From Deltaproteobacteria bacterium (GTDB lineage Bacteria > Desulfobacterota > Desulfobaccia > Desulfobaccales > 0-14-0-80-60-11), in NCBI GenBank assembly GCA_003599195.1, contig QZIZ01000066.1:1961-65960 (forward strand): a stretch of DNA of 64,000 nt, read 5' to 3'. The notes beneath the pieces are model-generated. The model was not told where the DNA came from, did not search any database, and worked only from the letters and a program-made list of their open reading frames with translations. Within the stretch, counting starts at the first letter, position 1; each line of letters opens with the position of its first letter. This document shows, one piece after another, positions 56,643 to 64,000 of this stretch. The position numbers were made by a program, and so were the translations under genes.

Positions 56643-57896
56643 ATGGTTTTTCGGGCTGCTGTCGCCTTTCTCCTGCTGCTATATTCTTTCTTTCCTACCC
56701 CTTCTCAGGCCCGCCGGGATAATCACGGCAATCAGACTTCCGGGCTCTCCGCAGAGGCGGCCCCGGGGGAAGTCGTGGTGGGCACCGCCGGAGAACTGGC
56801 CGAAGCCGTCAGGCAGGCCAACCTGGGGGGGCCGAAAACCATCCTGCTAAGTGACGGCGCCTACTCCCTGGACGACATGCTGTGGGTGGCGGCCTCCGGG
56901 GTCACGGTGCGCAGCCTGTCCGGGAACCGCAGTGCGGTGATCATCCAGGGGCAGGGCATGGCCGGGGCCGTGACCCACATCTTCAATGTCCCCGGGGCCA
57001 ATTTCACGGCCCGGGACCTCACTTTAAGAAGGGTCAGCCAGCATGCGGTGCAGATCCACGGCAACTATAACGCCGCCCAGCCCGTGCTGAAAAATTTGCA
57101 CATCCTGGACACCGGCGAACAGATGATCAAAGTCTCCTACGACCCCGGAGACTTGAGCAAGAGAGCCGATAACGGGGTGGTGGAAGGATGCCTGCTGGAA
57201 TACAGCGCCGGCATCGGCCCCCAATGGTATATCGGCGGCGTCGACGCCCATAACGCCCGGAATTGGGTGGTGCGGCGCAATGTTTTCCGGGGCATCAGGA
57301 GTCCGGGGGACGCGGTGGCCGAATTCGCGGTTCATTTCTGGTCGGATAGCGCCGATACCCTGGTGGAAGGCAACACCATCATCAACTGCGACCGGGGCAT
57401 CGGGCTGGGCCTGGGGGATCGGGGCCATCAACGGGGGATTGTGCGCAACAATATGATCTGCCACAATGCCTCGGAGGGGTTTGCGGACGTGGGCATCGCC
57501 CTGGAATCCGCTCCCGGGGCCCAGGTTTATAACAACACCGTCTACCAGGAACATAGCTATCCCAACGCCATTGAGTATCGCTTTCCCGCCACCACCGGGG
57601 TCCTCATCGCCAACAATCTCACCAATAAAGCCGTCGGAATGCGGGATGGCGCCGCCGGCGCCGTCTCCCACAATGTGGCCAACGCCCAGGCCGGCTGGTT
57701 CGTGAACCCCGGAGCCGGTGATTTGCACCTGAAATCCGCCCGTATAGAATTAGTCGACCAAGGCAGAAGCATTTCCGGCTTGAGTGACGACTTCGACCGC
57801 CAACCCCGGCCCCAAGGCCCGGGCATCGATATCGGTGCGGATGAATACCAACTCCCGGACGCGTCGGCCCCGGCAGCCCTCCTGCTGGATGACTAA
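56643..57896 (+). CDS. secreted right-handed parallel beta-helix protein
   Basis: Signal peptide. PbH1-type repeats 'GNTIINCDRGIGLG', 'VRNNMICHN'. C-terminal 'DLHLKS...VDQG...GIDIGADEY'. Confidence 0.8.
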   Translation: MVFRAAVAFLLLLYSFFPTPSQARRDNHGNQTSGLSAEAAPGEVVVGTAGELAEAVRQANLGGPKTILLSDGAYSLDDMLWVAASGVTVRSLSGNRSAVIIQGQGMAGAVTHIFNVPGANFTARDLTLRRVSQHAVQIHGNYNAAQPVLKNLHILDTGEQMIKVSYDPGDLSKRADNGVVEGCLLEYSAGIGPQWYIGGVDAHNARNWVVRRNVFRGIRSPGDAVAEFAVHFWSDSADTLVEGNTIINCDRGIGLGLGDRGHQRGIVRNNMICHNASEGFADVGIALESAPGAQVYNNTVYQEHSYPNAIEYRFPATTGVLIANNLTNKAVGMRDGAAGAVSHNVANAQAGWFVNPGAGDLHLKSARIELVDQGRSISGLSDDFDRQPRPQGPGIDIGADEYQLPDASAPAALLLDD

Positions 57897-57955
57897 TTTC
57901 ATGGTCATAAGCGGGGCGCGAGCGCGGCCTGCCGCAACTTCCAGGGGCGGAATCC

Positions 57956-58942
57956 ATGAAAACCAAAGGGTACTTCTTACTGTCAGCACTGGTGATCATG
58001 TTGCACGGCATGATTTTTTGCGGGGAGGCGCTGGCCTTAAACCCCAACGCGCCGGCAACGGTGGTGAAGCTCATCTTTATCCATCATTCCAGCGGCCAAA
58101 ACTGGCTGGCGGATGACCACGGGGGCCTGGGGATCGCCCTGCGCAATAACAACTGCTTTGTCAGCGACACCAACTACGGTTGGGGGCCGGAGGGCGACAC
58201 CATCGGTGACCGCACCGATATCGGCCACTGGTGGGATTGGTTCCGGAGTCCTTCCCGGGATACCTACCTGAACGCCCTCTATGCCGAGAGCAATCAAAAT
58301 TGCTCTTATAGCCGGCTGGCCAGCGATCCCGGCGGCAGCAACCGAATCATCATGTTCAAGTCCTGCTTTCCCAACTCCTATCTGGGCGGCAAGCCCTCCG
58401 ATCCTCCCACGACCGGCGCCAATCCCCTGCGCGGTCAGGACGCCTATTCGGAACACATGACCGTGGCCAATGCCAAGGGTATTTATAACGACCTGCTGGT
58501 CTACTTCGCCAGCCGGCAGGACAAGTTGTTCGTTGTCATCACCGCGCCCCCCCAGGTGGCCAACGACACCGATGCGGCCCATGCCGCCAACGCCCGGGCC
58601 TTCAACAACTGGCTGGTCAACGACTGGTTGGCGGGCTATCCCCACAAAAACGTAGCGGTCTTCGATTTCTACAACGTCCTGACCAGCCACGGCGGCAACC
58701 GCAACATCAATGACCTGGGTACGGAAACCGGCAACCACCACCGCTGGCGCAACAACGCCATCCAGCATCAACAAACGGTAATGAACAACCTGTCCGCCTA
58801 CGACACTAACAATTATGACAGCCATCCCACCGCAGCCGGCAACCAGAAGGCTGCGGCCGAGTTTGTGCCGCTGCTGAACGTCTATTACCACCGCTGGATG
58901 GGGGATTTATTGGGAGGAGCGCGCTTGCTTTTGCTGGAGTAA
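57956..58942 (+). CDS. secreted protein, possibly SGNH-like esterase fold
   Basis: Signal peptide. 'LIFIHHSSGQNW', 'IIMFKSCFPNS' and 'DSHPTAAGNQKAA' are loosely reminiscent of SGNH blocks I, III and V. This call is tentative. Confidence 0.65.
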   Translation: MKTKGYFLLSALVIMLHGMIFCGEALALNPNAPATVVKLIFIHHSSGQNWLADDHGGLGIALRNNNCFVSDTNYGWGPEGDTIGDRTDIGHWWDWFRSPSRDTYLNALYAESNQNCSYSRLASDPGGSNRIIMFKSCFPNSYLGGKPSDPPTTGANPLRGQDAYSEHMTVANAKGIYNDLLVYFASRQDKLFVVITAPPQVANDTDAAHAANARAFNNWLVNDWLAGYPHKNVAVFDFYNVLTSHGGNRNINDLGTETGNHHRWRNNAIQHQQTVMNNLSAYDTNNYDSHPTAAGNQKAAAEFVPLLNVYYHRWMGDLLGGARLLLLE

Positions 58943-59029
58943 TACCTAGTTCGCTATCTATAGCCATAACTAGGAACAATGCTGTCTATTCTGCCTGGTG
59001 GAATGCCTCAAGAACCGGGAAACTGAGAA

Positions 59030-60976
59030 TTAATCTTTTTTCGTTTTTCCCTCTTCTGCTGCTTTTTTTATTTTATCTTCTTCGCCATCACTTTCCAATG
59101 CTTGTTTTAACGCTTCTTTTACAGCTTCTTCATATGTTGGACCTATCTCTTTTTTTTCATCGATTTCTTTTACTTCTTGCTTTATTGCCACTTCATCATC
59201 TTCTTGTTCCTGTTGCTCTTCCATTTCAAATACTTGCTTTACTGCTTCTTTTACGGTTTCTTCGATGGTTTGATTTACTGCTTTTTCCGCTTCTTCTAAG
59301 GCCCGTTTTGCTTCTGCCACTTCTAATGCTTCCACTTCCAGTTGTTTCTTGGTCAATTCCTCCAACACCGAGGCGATGGTAGGATAAAGATTGAAGCCAT
59401 CGCGGTTGGGGAGGCCGGTGTTCAGAAGCACCTTGCGGAAATGCCCTTTGGCGTTGCAAATCCCCAAGACGATACCCCGACTCTTAAGATCGTCATAAAG
59501 CTCCTCTATCTTTTCAGCGGCGTTCACATCCATTTCCACAATGGCCTCGGCATTAATTAGAAAGAAGGAAACCTGCGGCCTGGCTGCGAGGATCAAGTTT
59601 TGAATCCGGGAGGCGAAATGGACGGCGTTAAAGAAGAAGAGGGGCGCGCCAAACCGGTAGATCATCAAACCCGGCACAATAGGGGGCCGGGTGACGATTT
59701 CATGAGGCCGGGTCAGCCGGTGCAGCACCAGGATAATGGCGAGGGCCACGGCCACCAGGATGCCGGTCATGAGGCCGGTGACGAGAACCGCTACCGTGGT
59801 AATGATACTTAGATAAGCCGAAGCCGGCCGCGTCCGCCAAGCTTCAAGAATCACCCCAGGATTGAATAGGTTGATTGCCGCCATGACAATGATCGCGGTT
59901 AGGGCCGCCACCGGTACGTCCTTGAGAATATAGGTGAAGTAGAGGAGAAATAAGGCGAGAAGACCACCGGCAAATAAAGAGGCAAATTGGCTTTGGCCGC
60001 CGTAGATAGAGTTAATCGCGGAACGGGACTGGCTACACCCGCAGCCGAACCCCTGGAAGAAACCCGAACCGACGTTGGCCACGCCCAAGGCAATCATATC
60101 TTGATTGGGATCTATCTCGTAACGGTTTCTAAAGGCAAAAGCCCGGGCCGTGGACATGACATCGAAGAAGGCAATGAGGGCTATGCCTGCGGAAAAAGGT
60201 ATCAGGTTGAGGATATCGTTGAACCCGACATCGGGAATCTTCGGCTGCGGCAGTCCTGCGGGAACAACGCCCACCAGCTCGATTCCCCGATCCCCCAGGT
60301 TCCACCAGATGGCGGCTGCCGTGGCCAGAACTACCACCAGAATGGCTTCAGGAATCTTGGGGAATTGGTAGCGGATCACCAGCAAGGCTGCGAGACAGGC
60401 TATCCCGACTATCAGGATTAACTGATTTACCTGATTGATCTTCGTGTAGAATTCCCAGAGGCGGGGGAAAAAATCGGGATTTTCCAGGTGAACTCCGGTC
60501 ATTTTCCCTAATTGGGACGCGATCATGATCAACGCCATGCCGTTAAGAAAGCCGGTGATAATGGTTTTGGGAATGAAGTCGGCAATGAATCCGGCCCGGG
60601 CCGTCCCGGCGACAAAGAGAATGGCTCCCACCAGTATGGCCTGCATCATGGCCAAGGCCAGGTAGCGGTTAGGATCTGCGCCTGCAGCCAGCAGGCCCAG
60701 GGAGGAGGCGACCAGAATGGCCACCGTGTCCTCTGCGTCCACCACCACCTGGCGGGATGTGCCGAGCAGGGGATAAATCACCATGGCCAGCAGGGAGGCA
60801 TACAGGCCGTTAATGGGCGCGAGGCCGGCCAACTGGCTATAGGCCACCGCGCAGGGAATCGTTACCGCGAAAATAATAATCCCGGAGATCAAATCGCCCG
60901 GCAGCCAGGAAAGTTTATATCTTCTCAACAGGTCAAGTCTCAGTATGGCGGTCGTGCTCTCGGGGCTCTCCTGCAT
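59030..60976 (-). CDS. SulP-family anion transporter with STAS domain and a ~100-aa Glu/Lys-rich C-terminal tail
   Basis: 'YKLSWLPGDLISGIIIFAVTIPCAVAYSQLAGLAPINGLY' SulP N-terminus, multi-TM core, STAS-like 'FFLINAEAIVEMDVNAAEKIEELYDDLKSRGIVLGICNA', then the EEKK-rich tail. Confidence 0.9.
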   Translation of the reverse strand: MQESPESTTAILRLDLLRRYKLSWLPGDLISGIIIFAVTIPCAVAYSQLAGLAPINGLYASLLAMVIYPLLGTSRQVVVDAEDTVAILVASSLGLLAAGADPNRYLALAMMQAILVGAILFVAGTARAGFIADFIPKTIITGFLNGMALIMIASQLGKMTGVHLENPDFFPRLWEFYTKINQVNQLILIVGIACLAALLVIRYQFPKIPEAILVVVLATAAAIWWNLGDRGIELVGVVPAGLPQPKIPDVGFNDILNLIPFSAGIALIAFFDVMSTARAFAFRNRYEIDPNQDMIALGVANVGSGFFQGFGCGCSQSRSAINSIYGGQSQFASLFAGGLLALFLLYFTYILKDVPVAALTAIIVMAAINLFNPGVILEAWRTRPASAYLSIITTVAVLVTGLMTGILVAVALAIILVLHRLTRPHEIVTRPPIVPGLMIYRFGAPLFFFNAVHFASRIQNLILAARPQVSFFLINAEAIVEMDVNAAEKIEELYDDLKSRGIVLGICNAKGHFRKVLLNTGLPNRDGFNLYPTIASVLEELTKKQLEVEALEVAEAKRALEEAEKAVNQTIEETVKEAVKQVFEMEEQQEQEDDEVAIKQEVKEIDEKKEIGPTYEEAVKEALKQALESDGEEDKIKKAAEEGKTKKD

Positions 60977-61216
60977 AACAAATCCCTTTTCGAGTTGTTC
61001 CTCTTTCGCCTTATTTTCCCGAAGTTCCTCGGGCTATTTAGTAAATGAATAAGCATCATAGCATGAAAAATCCAACCCCTTTTTCATTTTAAAAAAACTT
61101 TTAAATAATTTTTGCGGGCAAAAGCACGAGTGATGATTAGTTTTTGAAGAGTAAAGCGGGAGATTTCGAAATTCGGCAAGCAACCTGTGGCTGCTTAAGG
61201 CCCGGAGGGCAAGGAT

Positions 61217-62194
61217 ATGGATATTGATGCGGGAATAAGCCTGCAAAAAGCGGTGTCTCAACTCATAAAAAAGCTAAACGGTTGGTTTACGGAAACCGTC
61301 AAGATGCTGCCCAACCTGGTGGTGGCTGTTTTTGTTTTGATCGTGATCATCAAATTGAGCCATCCCCTGGCCAGATTAGTAGGCCGCGGCGTAATGCGGC
61401 TAACCAGGCGGAGGCACATCGCCAGAATCTTGGCGACCATGGTGCGCCTGGTTATCGTTGCTCTTGGCATAGTCCTGGCCTTGGACGTCATGAACCTGGA
61501 CCGAGCGGTGGCTTCACTCCTGGCAGGCGTCGGTCTCCTGGGCATTGCCATCGGCTTTGCCTCCCAGGATCTTGCCGCCAATTTTATCTCGGGGATAGTC
61601 TTACACTTTGAGCACCCCTTCCGTCTGGGAGACCGCGTTCATCTGGGCGATCTCAAAAACCCGGATCTTCTGGGTTTCGTCGAAGAAGTAGCCTTTCGGG
61701 CCACGGTAATCCGCGGCCGGCGGGGTGAAAGAATCACCGTCCCCAATAAGAAAATCTTGGAAAACCCGATTATAAATTACTATATAACCGGAGCCCGCCG
61801 GGTGGATTTATATTTCGCCATTGATTACACCCCCGATCTCCAGCAGGCGGAAGATCTAACGGTCAAGGCGGTGGAGGGGTTGGAATGGCGCATACCGGAG
61901 CACCCGGTGGAATTTTTTTATGAGGAAGTTAAAAATACCACCTTCGTTTTCAGGGTTCGCTTCTGGACCGGCCATGAACAGCCGATCTGGTTGAAAGCCA
62001 GAAGCGAAGCCATCAAAGCAATCAATAAGACTTTTAAAGCGCATGGGATTACCATGCCCTCCGATGTCATCACCCTCGACTTCGGCATCACCGGGGGATC
62101 GAGTCTGCGGGAACAACTGGAGGGGATCAAAATATCGCTCCCGGTGCCCCAGGAAGAGAAAGCTGCGCCGGGAAAAACCCCCATGGAAGAATGA
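61217..62194 (+). CDS. MscS-family mechanosensitive channel
   Basis: 'LLGIAIGFASQDLAANFISGIVLHFEHPFRLGDRV' pore-helix/beta-domain junction, with three N-terminal TM helices. Confidence 0.9.
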   Translation: MDIDAGISLQKAVSQLIKKLNGWFTETVKMLPNLVVAVFVLIVIIKLSHPLARLVGRGVMRLTRRRHIARILATMVRLVIVALGIVLALDVMNLDRAVASLLAGVGLLGIAIGFASQDLAANFISGIVLHFEHPFRLGDRVHLGDLKNPDLLGFVEEVAFRATVIRGRRGERITVPNKKILENPIINYYITGARRVDLYFAIDYTPDLQQAEDLTVKAVEGLEWRIPEHPVEFFYEEVKNTTFVFRVRFWTGHEQPIWLKARSEAIKAINKTFKAHGITMPSDVITLDFGITGGSSLREQLEGIKISLPVPQEEKAAPGKTPMEE

Positions 62195-62219
62195 ACTCTT
62201 AACGATATCCGGATAGGCA

Positions 62220-64000
62220 ATGCAAGGGAAAGCCATCGTCCTCATAGCGCTCAACCTGTTGCTGGTGGGCTTTTTTATTTTTCTGTTCACCCGGCGGCGC
62301 CTGCTCACTTATCACCATCAGCGCCATTTATGGCTGACCTGGCTGGCCGTGGGCGTCATCACCCTGATGGATGAATGCACCTCGCCGTTTTTCGGGATCG
62401 CCGAGGCTTACCGGTTTATCGGCATCGGCGCCGTGGTTTTCCTGGCCATAACCAACCTCTTGATGCGCTTCATGTCCTTCCGCTATGCGGAAATCGCCGA
62501 GATTCTGGAGCACCACAAGCTTATCGGCGGCGGAGTCTATTCCTTCTCCTATTTTGTTCTGGGACCCACGGTCTCCTTTATCGCCGCGGCCTCCATCCTG
62601 GTGGGTTACATGATCACCGCCTGCATTTCGTCGGTGAGCGCCATCGGCAACGCCCTCCCTTTCACCCCGTATGCCCATCTCCAAAATCTCCGTTTATTCC
62701 TGGCCCTGGGGATCATCTGGTTTATTGCCGGTTTGAACATTGCCGGGATCAAGGCGAACGCCCGCTTTACGTTTGGCATTTTTATCATCGCGGCCCTGGT
62801 CATGTTGAACCTGGTGGCTTCCGGCCTGGTGGACTTTGGACGGCTAGGGTCCTGGCCCCGTCTGCAAGCTGCATTTGCCGGCGCCGCAGCCGACCTGCAA
62901 AAAGGTTCATGGCCGGCCTATTACGGCAATTTCGTCACCAGCATCGCTTATTGCATCCTGGCTTATTCCGGGATTGAGTCGGTGATCCAGACCGCAGGAC
63001 TGGTCAGGAGGTGGCAGGATATCTACAAGGCTTACTGGTTTTTAGCCCTGACGGTGGGGGTGGTCACCCCGCTTATTGCCACTCTGGCCTTGACCGCCCC
63101 CCTTGATCCCGGGCAGCATGAACTGGACCTGCTGACCCATTATGCCACAGTGGTGAACGGGGCCCCTTTCGGCATGTTAGTGGCCATAATGGCCGCCATT
63201 GCCCTGTCCATGGCGGTCAACACCGCGTTTGTGGCCTCCAGCGAGCTTTTGGAGCGGGTAGCCCAACGTTACCGGCTCAAGTGGCTCATTGCCTCCAACC
63301 GGCGCCATTCGCTGTATCGTATTCATCTCCTGAATGCCGTCTCCTACACGGCCATCGTGCTCATCGCCGGGGGCCAGCAGGCTCTGCTGGCGGAAATGTT
63401 TGCGGTGGGCCTGGTGGCCAGCTTTTGCATTAATATGGGGTGCCTGCTACTTTATAGATATTCCGCGGGGACTATCGAGATCGAGTATCACACCAGCCGT
63501 CTCGGCACCCTCATCCTCTGGATCATTCTGGTAAGTTGTTTCGGGTTCCTGGCAGTGGTGAAGATTCACGGCACCGTTTTATGGGCCATAGTTATTATTG
63601 TCGTGTTGAGTTTCGGCCTGCTGGTCTCCCGACGGCATGATCCGGAAATTAAAGAGATCGCCAAGGGGGACACTGCGGCCGAGATGTTCGATTACCTGGA
63701 TGACTCCCGAACGCGGACGGTCCACTTATTTTTCCACCACCGGAGAGAGCCGCAGCATGGGAGGGATGAAAAGGCGCCGGGCCTGGAACGGACGGAGTAT
63801 GGCATTCACGAAAAAAACAGCGCGTATGTCACCTTTTATTCCCCCCAGGCGGGCGCTCCTCCCAAAGCCGCGGCCAACCATTTCCGTTTTCCGCTTTCAA
63901 GGTATCGCAGCATGTTTCAAGAGATGGTGGAGATTTTGCGGCTGGCGGAAGCCGAACTTCCTGACCGCCACGTGGTGGCGCACATCGGCTGGCCTGTAGA
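62220..64000 (+). CDS. APC-superfamily permease-like polytopic membrane protein, 3' end beyond the window (not in the supplied ORF track)
   Basis: I translated codon by codon from ATG 62220 and found no stop through 63998 (593 codons). About 12 hydrophobic segments, 'LIGGGVYSFSYFVLGP' and 'ILAYSGIESVIQTAG' APC-like blocks, and a soluble C-terminal extension from ~63640. Confidence 0.75.
   Translation, partial: MQGKAIVLIALNLLLVGFFIFLFTRRRLLTYHHQRHLWLTWLAVGVITLMDECTSPFFGIAEAYRFIGIGAVVFLAITNLLMRFMSFRYAEIAEILEHHKLIGGGVYSFSYFVLGPTVSFIAAASILVGYMITACISSVSAIGNALPFTPYAHLQNLRLFLALGIIWFIAGLNIAGIKANARFTFGIFIIAALVMLNLVASGLVDFGRLGSWPRLQAAFAGAAADLQKGSWPAYYGNFVTSIAYCILAYSGIESVIQTAGLVRRWQDIYKAYWFLALTVGVVTPLIATLALTAPLDPGQHELDLLTHYATVVNGAPFGMLVAIMAAIALSMAVNTAFVASSELLERVAQRYRLKWLIASNRRHSLYRIHLLNAVSYTAIVLIAGGQQALLAEMFAVGLVASFCINMGCLLLYRYSAGTIEIEYHTSRLGTLILWIILVSCFGFLAVVKIHGTVLWAIVIIVVLSFGLLVSRRHDPEIKEIAKGDTAAEMFDYLDDSRTRTVHLFFHHRREPQHGRDEKAPGLERTEYGIHEKNSAYVTFYSPQAGAPPKAAANHFRFPLSRYRSMFQEMVEILRLAEAELPDRHVVAHIGWPV

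Overview
High-GC (about 60-70% in sampled coding lines) chromosomal segment of a Gram-negative anaerobe-like bacterium. The ilvB-ilvN-ilvC-psd-pssA-leuA synteny is reminiscent of Geobacter-type Desulfobacterota, but that is inference only. Recognisable housekeeping genes are serS (5' truncated), an ispH fusion, a cold-shock gene, gltX, prfA, prmC, leuC, leuA, pssA, psd, ilvCNB and pyrR. Between them sit envelope and secreted functions: a porin, lipoproteins, three SGNH-like esterases, two parallel beta-helix proteins, a LolA-like DUF2092 protein, and SulP, MscS and APC transporters. There are also two sensor kinases, a RelE/ParE toxin-antitoxin pair and several orphan proteins. I could not support any rRNA, tRNA, CRISPR array, transposase or integrase.

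The most unusual content:
- A pervasive family of intergenic hairpins whose arms are tandem 6-8 nt 'words'. Some bracket whole genes, and one intrudes into prmC coding sequence.
- An IspH::UbiA-like prenyltransferase fusion next to a DUF422 (CruF-like) membrane protein.
- A lower-GC block encoding three small exported proteins that share Cys-Pro-Met motifs.
- A ~163-nt GC-rich nested palindromic element present in two copies.
- AT-rich orphan genes wedged precisely into operons.
- A locus of five exported proteins (beta-barrel, two beta-helix proteins, a small protein, an esterase-like protein).

The ORF track misses one gene: an ORF open from 62220 to the window end. Many track ORFs start at upstream alternative codons; I trimmed starts where a Shine-Dalgarno plus ATG was visible.
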